Source of the DNA: an uncultured Vicinamibacteraceae bacterium
Lineage (GTDB): Bacteria > Acidobacteriota > Vicinamibacteria > Vicinamibacterales > UBA8438
NCBI GenBank assembly: GCA_964507425.1
Contig: CAZDQD010000036.1
Span: 3,848-67,847, forward strand
Direction of reading: 5' to 3'
Length of the DNA stretch: 64,000 nt
The position numbers and the translations under genes were made by a program. This document shows positions 9,210 to 17,851 of the stretch, one piece after another (within the stretch, counting starts at the first letter, position 1; each line of letters begins with the position of its first letter). A model generated the notes under the pieces. The model was given only the letters and a program-made list of their open reading frames with translations, did no database searches and was not told where the DNA came from.

Positions 9210-10208
9210 ATGGACTGCAGAGAGATTGCCGTTGTAGTAATGAGCGTTACGATCATTTCATCGCTGCCAGTTGTTGCGGGTGCACAGTCGGCAAATATGT
9301 CGGAGCTTCGAACAGCCTGGGGAGACCCCAACATCACAGGGGTGTGGAATAACTCTACGTTGACTCCATTTCAAAGACCGGAAGAACTTGCAGACCAAGA
9401 GTTTTATACGGAAGAAGAGGCAGCCAACCTTCAACAAGAAACCGCTAATAGAAATAGCAACTTGTGGGACGCACCTGCGACGCGAACTGAGGCGGGTGGA
9501 AGCGTTGGTGCCTACAACAACTTTTGGATGGAACGGGGGACAGAGGTTGTGCCGAGCCGTCGAACATCGGTCATCACGGACCCACCGACTGGTCGCTTAC
9601 CCGCAGTTACCTCTGAGACCGCAGCTTGGTTAGCCTCTGATGACGCACAGCGGCTTGCCGATGTGCGCGGTGGGCGTCTACCGACGGACACCTATGAACA
9701 ACTCGACTTGGGGGACCGGTGTATTTGGTATCGGGGTATTCCTTCTTTCCCGACCGCATACAACAACAACTATCAGATTGTGCAGAATCAAGACTTTGTG
9801 GCCATCCTGCAGGAACACATCCACGATGTGCGTTTTATTCCGATTGACGGTCGCCCTAATATCCCCAGTTCGATACGCCAGTACGCCGGGGATTCTCGAG
9901 GGCGGTGGGAGGGCGACACGCTTGTGGTCGAAACGACGCACTTCAACCGGCATGCCTTTATCCGAAACTTCAACAGTGGGCTCAGTACCGACCTGCACGT
10001 GGAGGAACGGTTCACGCGGGTTGATGCGAATACGCTTGATTACGAATTTACGGTTACTGACCTGAATACGTGGACTGTGCCTTGGAGTGGGTCACTTCCC
10101 ATGACGCCGAGTGATGGTCCCGTTTACGAGTATGCATGCCACGAAGGTAACTACGGTCTGACGAACATTCTTGCGGGATCCCGCGCTGAAGAAAACGCAA
10201 CTCGTTAA
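9210..10208 (+). CDS. Secreted conserved hypothetical protein, 'YACHEGN' family, copy 1
   Basis: Signal peptide. WGDPNITGVWN...EEAANL...YNNFW...RRTS...GDTLVVET...ERFTR...YEYACHEGNYGL. It aligns end to end with the product of 17852-18847. GAGGAG SD. Confidence 0.6.
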   Translation: MDCREIAVVVMSVTIISSLPVVAGAQSANMSELRTAWGDPNITGVWNNSTLTPFQRPEELADQEFYTEEEAANLQQETANRNSNLWDAPATRTEAGGSVGAYNNFWMERGTEVVPSRRTSVITDPPTGRLPAVTSETAAWLASDDAQRLADVRGGRLPTDTYEQLDLGDRCIWYRGIPSFPTAYNNNYQIVQNQDFVAILQEHIHDVRFIPIDGRPNIPSSIRQYAGDSRGRWEGDTLVVETTHFNRHAFIRNFNSGLSTDLHVEERFTRVDANTLDYEFTVTDLNTWTVPWSGSLPMTPSDGPVYEYACHEGNYGLTNILAGSRAEENATR

Positions 10209-10280
10209 GGCTGGTATTTTGGGGCTGTTCTGAAAACGAATTTTCACGTGTAGAGTGAATGCAGAGTTTAAGGAGTTACT

Positions 10281-11468
10281 GTGAAGAAATTGCTCAACCA
10301 CTGGCGTCAAGGGCTTACTAGGCGAGAGGCCCTCTCGGGGTTTGCCTCGTTCCTTGCCGCGTCTCCGCTACTGCATGCACAACGAGATCCATGGCCGCTC
10401 GACCAGCACCGTCGATATCTGGGTTTCAACGAAATGTTGACTGCCTTTGACTTTGAACCCGTTTTTAGGGCGAATGTTCCCCTTTCCATTTATGACTATA
10501 CCGCGCACGGAACGGATTCTGAGTTCACGCTTCAACGAAATCGAGACGCGTTTGATTGGGTCACCCTTGTGGGGCGAGGAGGAGTGGCGGTTGAAGACGT
10601 CGATACGTCGACGGAGATGTTCGGTTTTCCAATGAAAAGCCCGATTATGCTCGCGCCAACCTCTCGGCAACGCGACCTTCATCCTGATGGCGAACTTGGT
10701 ATGTATCGCGCCGCGACGACAACAGACACAACGATGATTGTCAGTAACGCTTCAAGTTTTCCATTTACTCGCATTTCGGAAGCGGCATCGGGCCCCCTGT
10801 GGTACCAGCTGTACGCTAGGCGAGATATCGAAACGAATCGGCAGCCACTTGCTGACGGTCAAGAAGTTGGGGCGCAAACGATTGTGGTCACGATCGATCA
10901 ACAAGCTTCCTACTACGAACGTGATTTACACGACTTTCATCTTGGCGGAACCGTGCGCAGTCCCAGACGCGCACGAGAAACGAGTAATCCCTACGGCGTT
11001 GGGGATGGGCGACTCTGGTACGAATGGAAGCTCTTTGATGATTTGCGTTCCATGATCGATGTACCAATCTTGGCCAAGGGCATCCTTACTGGCGAAGGGG
11101 CCAAAAAATGTCTTGAGCATGGTGTCGAAGGGATCATCGTGTCCAATCATGGCGCACGAGCTATTGACTACGGACCATCGACCCTCGAAGTGCTCCAGGA
11201 AGTAGTTGCAGCTGTCGATGGCCGTGTTCCTGTGCTTATCGATAGCGGGTTCCGTCGGGGTAGCGATGTTCTCAAGGCTCTCGCGCTCGGCGCTGATGCC
11301 GTCTGTCTCGGGCGGGCCTCGCGATGGGGCCTTGGTGCGTTTGGTGAACAAGGTGCTCAAAAGGTCATCGAAATTATTAATGCTGAACTTGTTCAGGCTA
11401 TGGCAGCAGCAGGATGCTCCGATATTAATTCGATTAACGAGAGCATCGTCCGGACTAATTTTCCATGA
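10281..11468 (+). CDS. FMN-dependent alpha-hydroxy-acid dehydrogenase/oxidase (LldD / glycolate oxidase family) with a Tat-type signal
   Basis: N-terminal LTRREALSGFASFLAASPLLHA. Family motifs IYDYTAHG, LWYQLY, VVTID, ILAKGIL, VSNHGARAID, DSGFRRGSDVLKALALGA. AAGGAG SD with a GTG start. Confidence 0.85.
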   Translation: MKKLLNHWRQGLTRREALSGFASFLAASPLLHAQRDPWPLDQHRRYLGFNEMLTAFDFEPVFRANVPLSIYDYTAHGTDSEFTLQRNRDAFDWVTLVGRGGVAVEDVDTSTEMFGFPMKSPIMLAPTSRQRDLHPDGELGMYRAATTTDTTMIVSNASSFPFTRISEAASGPLWYQLYARRDIETNRQPLADGQEVGAQTIVVTIDQQASYYERDLHDFHLGGTVRSPRRARETSNPYGVGDGRLWYEWKLFDDLRSMIDVPILAKGILTGEGAKKCLEHGVEGIIVSNHGARAIDYGPSTLEVLQEVVAAVDGRVPVLIDSGFRRGSDVLKALALGADAVCLGRASRWGLGAFGEQGAQKVIEIINAELVQAMAAAGCSDINSINESIVRTNFP

Positions 11469-12517
11469 CCATACGGCATAAAAAAGGCACTGTTAGCAGA
11501 CGCGATTCCATTCGACAGGTCGGCAACATTTTCAGTCGGCCTCTCGCTGCTGTGTCTGCACAAACTGGACTACCAGCGATCCGGCGTGGACCGGTTGATG
11601 AGATTTACGCTGCGCCAGAATTTGAACAGATGGCGGAACTTGTTTTACCGCCGATGCAGTTTGAATCTTTGCGGAGTAGTGCACGCGGGTCTTTTGACAA
11701 GATGACGTTTCGCCAGCGACTTATGGTGTACGCCATGGAGCTAGACCTCACCACGGAGTTATTCGGACACTCGATGTTCGCACCGATCGTTGTTGGACCT
11801 GTTAGCCGCCAGGGTGACATCCATGAAGAAGGGGAATTGGCTACGGCACGGGGTTCTAGTGCATCCCAAACCATCATGGTTGCAACACGCAGTGCAAGCT
11901 ACCCCATCGCGCAAATTGCCTCAGAAACTACGCAGCCGCTTTGGTACCAAGTTTATGCTGCCGACGACCCCGTGGCGGTCCTGGACGATGTCGAGGACGC
12001 AACTGGTGCTGGATGCCAGGTCCTATGTGTGACAATCGGAGTGTCGTCTGATGGCGACCCCGTTGCCGTACGTTGGGATTCGATTGACCGACTGGTTCAG
12101 AGTGCAGGGGTTCCAGTCATCGTAAAAGGCATCATGAACCCGGATGATGCACGGAGAGCTCTTGACCATGGCGCGACGGGACTGGTTGTGTCCAACCACG
12201 GGGGCGCAGTTGGGTTTGACGGCGTGTTGCCAATTGATGTTCTTCCGGGCATTGCAGATCTTGTAGAAGACAGGGTTCCAGTACTCGTTGATGGTGGATT
12301 TAAACGTGGAAGCGATATTCTGAAAGGTCTTGCACTCGGTGCAAGAGCTGTCATGGTTGCGCGCCCAATTATGTGGGGGCTCGCGGCCTACGGAGCTCCT
12401 GGCGTGGAACGAGCGCTGTACCTATTGATTAATGAACTCGCGCGTAACATGGCGGCGGCTGGACGACCCAAAATCGACATGATTGATCGTGAGCTTGTCC
12501 GGTTCGACTCCCGCTGA
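11465..12517 (+). CDS. Divergent FMN-dependent dehydrogenase-family paralogue, several catalytic positions substituted
   Basis: Its start overlaps the upstream stop (ATGA). It keeps LWYQVY, VIVKGIM, VSNHGG and DGGFKRGSDILKGLALGA. It has TIG where TxD is expected, HGGAVGF where HGxRxxD is expected, and no YDY..GG N-terminal motif. The SRRDSIRQ motif is followed by only a weak h-region. Confidence 0.7.
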   Translation: MTIRHKKGTVSRRDSIRQVGNIFSRPLAAVSAQTGLPAIRRGPVDEIYAAPEFEQMAELVLPPMQFESLRSSARGSFDKMTFRQRLMVYAMELDLTTELFGHSMFAPIVVGPVSRQGDIHEEGELATARGSSASQTIMVATRSASYPIAQIASETTQPLWYQVYAADDPVAVLDDVEDATGAGCQVLCVTIGVSSDGDPVAVRWDSIDRLVQSAGVPVIVKGIMNPDDARRALDHGATGLVVSNHGGAVGFDGVLPIDVLPGIADLVEDRVPVLVDGGFKRGSDILKGLALGARAVMVARPIMWGLAAYGAPGVERALYLLINELARNMAAAGRPKIDMIDRELVRFDSR

Positions 12518-12577
12518 TCATTGGCTGTTGCATCTTCACAGCAGTGTGACGAGTAGCCTATTCAAGCTTTCTATAGA

Positions 12578-12651
12578 TGGCTGGGACGCAGGGATTCGAA
12601 CCCCGATTACACGGACCAGAACCGCGTGTCCTACCATTGAACGACGTCCCA
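12578..12651 (-). tRNA. tRNA-Gln (anticodon CTG)
   Basis: Hand-folded 74-nt cloverleaf: acceptor TGGGACG/CGTCCCA, discriminator G, encoded CCA, anticodon stem CGCGG/CCGTG with loop TTCTGGT, T arm CGGGG-TTCGAAT-CCCTG. The ends resemble E. coli tRNA-Gln (UGGGG...CCCCAGCCA). Confidence 0.85.
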
Positions 12652-12690
12652 ATACGGTGTGTTTGGTGAGGCTACAGCCAATTATAGGGT

Positions 12691-14196
12691 ATGAAACAGA
12701 CCGCGGTAATAGAAGTCAATGAACCACCCCGTTTCGTGTTGTCTCGTTGGCTTTTCCTAAAGTTGTTGGCGGTGATCTATTTCATCGCCTTTGGTTCACT
12801 GCTACCACAGATCCATGGACTCATCGGCGTAGAAGGCCTCCTGCCGATTCACCTCTACTTGCAACGCGCATTTGACCTCTGGGGCGCAGAAGCCTATTAC
12901 CAACTCCCAACGCTCCTATGGGTTTACCCGAGTGACGCTCTACTAACCTCGCTTTGTTGGCTGGGTGTAATTCTCTCCACGGTCGCTCTGACCAGCATTG
13001 CCCCCATCCCCATCTTTGGCATGCTGTGGGTGCTATACCTTTCTCTCACAATTGCCGGACAAGAGTTTCTATCTTTCCAATGGGACGTACTGTTACTCGA
13101 AACGGGTTTACTCGCCGTCTTGTACTCTCCTTTTGGCTTGCACGGAACAAGCATTTACAAAAAACAGCCTGCCATTGCCGCACGTTGGCTTCTGTGGAGT
13201 CTCGCTTTTAAGCTGACGTTTCTTTCCGGAGTAACCAAATTACTTAGTGGGGATGTGACCTGGCGCGGTCTGACGGCTTTGGGATACCACTATGAAACGC
13301 AACCGCTGCCGCATTGGTTCAGTTGGTATCTTCACCACGCACCGGATTGGTTTGGCAGCGCGTCCCTCATCGTCATGTTTGCTATAGAGATCGTTATTCC
13401 CTTTACGATCTTTTTCCCACCGAGATGGCGACGGTCCCGCATTACCGGGTGTGTTCTTATGTGTTTCTTACAACTGGGTATTGTCGCGAGCGGGAATTAT
13501 GGGTTTTTCAACCTACTCGCGATTGTCTTGTATCTCGCGTTGCTTGACGACCGTGCGCTCGCCTCTTTTCTGCGGCGTTGCACGAAAAACTTACCTGACA
13601 CGTACATGCGGATTCGACCGGAACGCACCGCGTGGAGTGTAGTGATTAATGGCACAGTCGTTGTTCTTGTTTTCCTAAGCACGTTGAGTTTTGTTCGAGA
13701 AATTCAACGGCCATTGTCGATGCCCGCGTGGGCGAATGCCGCGCTCGGCTTGGTAGCTCCGCTACGGTCGGTCAACGGCTATGGATTGTTTCGAACCATG
13801 ACAACGGAACGTCCTGAAATTGTTATCGAAGGTAGCATCGACGGCATCACCTGGCGGGAATATGAGTTCAAATGGAAAGTAGGTGACGTCACGAGAATGC
13901 CTCGTTTTGTTCAACCACACATGCCACGTGTTGATTGGCAAATGTGGTTCGCGGCCCTCGACCCCAGGCAGCAATCGCATTGGTTGATTCCACTAGCAGA
14001 ACGACTGCGGGACAATGATGGTGTTGCGCTCAGTCTTATTGACACGAATCCTTTCGTCGAGACGGGAGCTCGGTACGTCCGTTTAGCTCTCTATCGGTAT
14101 ACATTTTCTAGGGCTAGCGAAGACGTGGGCGGCGATTGGTGGCACCGCGATTTTCTCGGCTACCTTACGGGTCCAATGTCTAGCCGTATCCAGTAA
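12691..14196 (+). CDS. Lipase maturation factor (LMF1-like) family integral membrane protein
   Basis: Polytopic N-terminal half. C-terminal NGYGLFRTMTTERPEIVIEGS.DG..WREYEFKWKVGD...PHMPRVDWQMWFAAL matches the LMF family signature I remember. Confidence 0.7.
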   Translation: MKQTAVIEVNEPPRFVLSRWLFLKLLAVIYFIAFGSLLPQIHGLIGVEGLLPIHLYLQRAFDLWGAEAYYQLPTLLWVYPSDALLTSLCWLGVILSTVALTSIAPIPIFGMLWVLYLSLTIAGQEFLSFQWDVLLLETGLLAVLYSPFGLHGTSIYKKQPAIAARWLLWSLAFKLTFLSGVTKLLSGDVTWRGLTALGYHYETQPLPHWFSWYLHHAPDWFGSASLIVMFAIEIVIPFTIFFPPRWRRSRITGCVLMCFLQLGIVASGNYGFFNLLAIVLYLALLDDRALASFLRRCTKNLPDTYMRIRPERTAWSVVINGTVVVLVFLSTLSFVREIQRPLSMPAWANAALGLVAPLRSVNGYGLFRTMTTERPEIVIEGSIDGITWREYEFKWKVGDVTRMPRFVQPHMPRVDWQMWFAALDPRQQSHWLIPLAERLRDNDGVALSLIDTNPFVETGARYVRLALYRYTFSRASEDVGGDWWHRDFLGYLTGPMSSRIQ

Positions 14197-14342
14197 AGTG
14201 GGTTAACGAAATGACAAGCATCTGCTTGGCAGCAGAGCGACAGCGATGAGTTGCGTTGAACCCCCTGCCCGCCACCGGTAGGATATGCGTCTACACCCGC
14301 GGGAGTGCCGCGGCGAAATTGAGATTCGCTTAGGAGGAACTT

Positions 14343-15512
14343 ATGTCATCGTCACATATTCGGATGTCCGTGCTTATTGGTGTTGCGATGCTCGCGGCGT
14401 GCACTGGGGCGTCTGAGCCACCAGCCGAGATGGCCACTACGGAGGTTACCCCGGTCACGGCAGTTAACCCGATCACGGGTGAGGGACTACCGAACCCGAC
14501 CCCGACACGTATCGCGGACTGGGCGACACTGCCTGAAGGGCGAGAGTGGGGCTCGACCGCCGGCCTAGACATCGATCAGACGGATGGGCATGTTTGGGGC
14601 TACGAACGCTGCGGATCAGGCTCAGCTGGTGGACCTGGCGTCAACTGTGACAACAACCCCGTTGACCCGATCTTCAAGTTTGACCGTGACACCGGGGAGA
14701 TCCTCGCTAACTTTGGCGCGGGAATATTCGTGACGCCCCACGGCATTTATGCTGACAGCGAGGGCAACGTGTGGGTGACGGACTTTGCTGGCAATGAAGA
14801 TGGTACCAAGGGGCACCAGGTCCATAAGTTTAGCGCGACCGGAGAGTTACTCCTGAGTCTCGGTACGGCCGGTCAACCCGGGGACGGGCCGGGTCACCTC
14901 AATCAGCCTATTGACGTGATCGTGGCACCAGATGGGAGTATCTTCGTCGCAGACGGTCACGCCGGGCAGAACTTGACGACAGACGAGCAAATGACCGAGG
15001 CCCGCGAGGCCGGTCTGACCGGTCGCATCGTTAAATATTCTCCCGACGGCGAGTACATCACGGAGTGGGGCGAGATCGGTACAGACCATGGTCAGTTCCG
15101 CACGCCACACGCCTTGGCGTTTGACGCTCAAGGCCGACTCTGGGTAGCTGACCGTGGCAACCACCGCCTCGAGATCTTCGACCAAGAGGGTAACTACCTT
15201 GAGTCGCGCTATCAGTATGGGCGCATCAGTGACCTCTTCATCACCGAGGACGAGATGGTCTACGCCATCGACTCAGAGTCGAATCGGCTCCGGCACATAA
15301 ATTGGAGGAACGGCGTCCGGATTGGGCCTGTCGATCGGGACGTGCTTGTGGGCTTCATTCCGCCGTGGGAGTCCGACAGCCGGCCGAACCATGGGGTGAC
15401 GGGAGAGGGTGTGGGAGTGGACGAGGATGGCAACGTCTACGTGGCCGAGGGACCAGCCTCGCTCGCCGATGCGGGCTCTGCGTTTACCAAGTATGCGGTG
15501 GACGGTATGTAA
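14343..15512 (+). CDS. NHL-repeat beta-propeller lipoprotein
   Basis: Lipobox (LAACTG). Repeated NHL-like units (HLNQPIDVIVAPDGSIFVAD; QFRTPHALAFDAQGRLWVADRGNHRLEIFD; GVGVDEDGNVYVAE). AGGAGG SD. Confidence 0.6.
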   Translation: MSSSHIRMSVLIGVAMLAACTGASEPPAEMATTEVTPVTAVNPITGEGLPNPTPTRIADWATLPEGREWGSTAGLDIDQTDGHVWGYERCGSGSAGGPGVNCDNNPVDPIFKFDRDTGEILANFGAGIFVTPHGIYADSEGNVWVTDFAGNEDGTKGHQVHKFSATGELLLSLGTAGQPGDGPGHLNQPIDVIVAPDGSIFVADGHAGQNLTTDEQMTEAREAGLTGRIVKYSPDGEYITEWGEIGTDHGQFRTPHALAFDAQGRLWVADRGNHRLEIFDQEGNYLESRYQYGRISDLFITEDEMVYAIDSESNRLRHINWRNGVRIGPVDRDVLVGFIPPWESDSRPNHGVTGEGVGVDEDGNVYVAEGPASLADAGSAFTKYAVDGM

Positions 15513-15588
15513 GCTGGGCAGTAGCGTGACCGTGATGTTTACTGGCTAGGACAGAAGTGAACGGTACTTTTTCTTTCTCTTCAGCTAC

Positions 15589-16773
15589 TTAGTGACGGCT
15601 CACCTGAAATTTTTGACGCTTCGAGATGTCGTCTAGAGCCCGGCGGGCGTGTGCTTCGGTGTCCGGGTGGGGGTCGATATCAAGCACTGCAACCAGATGC
15701 TGATAGGCGGCCGTTGGTTGGTCACGAGCGTGCAACTGCACGAGACCTGCTCCCAGGTGAGCCTCAGCTGTATACGGTCCGAGTGGATAGTCCCGCAAAT
15801 GACGCTGGTAGATGATGAGCGCTGCATCTGAATGTTGGTGATTCGCGAGCCAGTTGCCAAAGCGGATTGAATCTTCCGGCATCAACATACGGGCTGTACG
15901 GGCTGAGCTCAGTTGAAAGTATGCGGGGGCCGCCTCTTCGTATGACCCATCCTCGATGCGCTGGCGAATGCCGCGGACCGACGCAGGGTCAGCGTCGATT
16001 GTCCGAACTGTTGGTTCATATTCGTCCGGTGCATGTTCGACTTCCCGTCGGTCGCTCCACCAGGCATAGGCGAGTCCGCCTAAGAAGCCTCCGATATGCG
16101 CGCCATAGGCGACACCGCCGCCTTCAAGGCCACGTGACACCAAAAAGGGGAACAGATTATCCACGACCAGATACATGCCAAGTACAAAACGGGCTGGTGC
16201 GTATATGACGTTCATAAAAAACGGAAACAACATGACCCACAGGCGTACCCTGTTTTTGGGGAACCAAACAAAATAAAACCCTAGAACGCCTGATATAGCA
16301 CCGGACGCACCCACCATTGGCAGCACTGAACTTAGGTCAAGAAAGGCATGTGATGACGTCGCTAGAACACCAGTGCCAAGATAGGCAAGTAAAAATCGAC
16401 CCCGCCCGAGACGATGTTCTACATTGTCACCGTAGATCCAGAGAAACAACATGTTGCCGGCAAGGTGCATGAACCCACTATGCAGAAACATTGACGTGAA
16501 CAATGCAATTCCGTCTGGATCGGATGGGCGAAATCCGTAACTAAACACTATAAGGTCGTACGCCGAGACAAATTCGAGCACGTCATCAACACTGAAACGT
16601 AGTGTTGCCAACGCTTGGACATATTCGGCTAGAAGGGGGTCATCAAAATCTGGTCTCATTGCGCTGAGTGGAAGCGTGACCAACAAAAACACCGCAATGT
16701 TCAAACCGAGTAGTGCGTAGGTGACGACGGGAACGCCCCGGGGGTTGGGTTCATCACCAAGTGGAAGAAACAT
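15589..16773 (-). CDS. Rhomboid-family intramembrane serine protease with a C-terminal TPR-like domain
   Basis: HLAGNMLFLWIYGDNVE and GASGAISGVLG (GxSG catalytic Ser), a later AHIGGFLGG His, then a soluble helical-repeat tail. Confidence 0.8.
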   Translation of the reverse strand: MFLPLGDEPNPRGVPVVTYALLGLNIAVFLLVTLPLSAMRPDFDDPLLAEYVQALATLRFSVDDVLEFVSAYDLIVFSYGFRPSDPDGIALFTSMFLHSGFMHLAGNMLFLWIYGDNVEHRLGRGRFLLAYLGTGVLATSSHAFLDLSSVLPMVGASGAISGVLGFYFVWFPKNRVRLWVMLFPFFMNVIYAPARFVLGMYLVVDNLFPFLVSRGLEGGGVAYGAHIGGFLGGLAYAWWSDRREVEHAPDEYEPTVRTIDADPASVRGIRQRIEDGSYEEAAPAYFQLSSARTARMLMPEDSIRFGNWLANHQHSDAALIIYQRHLRDYPLGPYTAEAHLGAGLVQLHARDQPTAAYQHLVAVLDIDPHPDTEAHARRALDDISKRQKFQVSRH

Positions 16774-16787
16774 TTTTAATGAAAGGC

Positions 16788-17222
16788 CTAGCGGCCGACC
16801 TCGTCGTCTAGTGTGACCAGCTGATGTGTAATTTGATCACGTGTTGCTCGAAACCTGTTGAGTTGGTCTTCCAATGAGCCACCGGAGCCGGTTGGGTCTT
16901 CAAGTGGCCAGTGCATGCGGCGAGCGTGACTAAGGAAGGCCGGACACACCTCTTCCGCGCAAAGTGTGATGACAAGGTCAACAGCCTGTGGATCGATAGT
17001 TTCAACACTTTTTGATTGATGGCCACTGATGTCTATACCAACGTCGTCCAAAGCGGCGATCGCAAGTGGGTTTACTTCGGACGGCGTTGATCCGGCGCTC
17101 ATGACATGCGCACGGTTGCCGAATCGAGTTTTGGCCAGTCCTTCTGCCATTTGGCTCCGAGCGGAGTTCGCAACACAGAGGAAGAGTATTTTCATCATTG
17201 GGGTTTCGTGACCATACTCCAT
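16788..17222 (-). CDS. Arsenate reductase / low-molecular-weight phosphotyrosine phosphatase family (ArsC-like)
   Basis: [17 protein letters not shown] (CX5R P-loop) and a downstream TLCAEEVCP Cys pair. The true start may be the MMKILF Met pair 8-9 codons in (about 17198). Confidence 0.75.
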   Translation of the reverse strand: MEYGHETPMMKILFLCVANSARSQMAEGLAKTRFGNRAHVMSAGSTPSEVNPLAIAALDDVGIDISGHQSKSVETIDPQAVDLVITLCAEEVCPAFLSHARRMHWPLEDPTGSGGSLEDQLNRFRATRDQITHQLVTLDDEVGR

Positions 17223-17298
17223 TTTATTTGATGCGACCCACCGAAAATACGCGAGGTGCAGTACGCTATCAAAAGTATTTTTTTGGAGGAACCGTTAC

Positions 17299-17748
17299 GT
17301 GTTAATGATGCGCCGCCGTTTTATTGCTGCAATATCTGTTGTCCTATTCACCGTGTCCTGTGGAGAAGATAGCCCCTTCACACCTGGTGAGATTTTGGCA
17401 CCACTTAATATTCCCTTCAGTAATGTGGATCTGACGGTTGGAACGGGGGCTGAAGCTACAAGCGGTCGGCGGGTGTCGATGACGTATACGGGATGGATTT
17501 ACGATCCTAACCAGCCTGAGAACAAGGGGTTTATGTTCGACTCGAACACGGCCGCGAATCCATTCAACTTTAATTTGGGGAATCGCGAGGTGATTGCGGG
17601 ATGGGACCAGGGGATTCCTGGTATGCGGGTAGGTGGAAACCGTCTTCTTGTGCTACCGCCAGCCCTCGCATACGGTGCTGAGGGCACTCGAACCATCCCC
17701 GGCAACGCGACGTTAATCTTTGAAGTTACACTGCTCGGCGTACTGTAA
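17299..17748 (+). CDS. FKBP-type peptidyl-prolyl cis-trans isomerase, exported
   Basis: Signal or lipoprotein-like N-terminus. FDSN...PFNFNLGNREVIAGWDQGIPGMRVGGNRLLVLPPALAYG...LIFEVTLLGV. Confidence 0.85.
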   Translation: MLMMRRRFIAAISVVLFTVSCGEDSPFTPGEILAPLNIPFSNVDLTVGTGAEATSGRRVSMTYTGWIYDPNQPENKGFMFDSNTAANPFNFNLGNREVIAGWDQGIPGMRVGGNRLLVLPPALAYGAEGTRTIPGNATLIFEVTLLGVL

Positions 17749-17851
17749 AAGCCTGGCCAATGACAGGTGACGATACAGCCAGAAACAACCCGAGAACAGA
17801 AAGACACGTGAGAGTTTCGGAGGAACGAAACAACCGTGTCATCAATACCTC

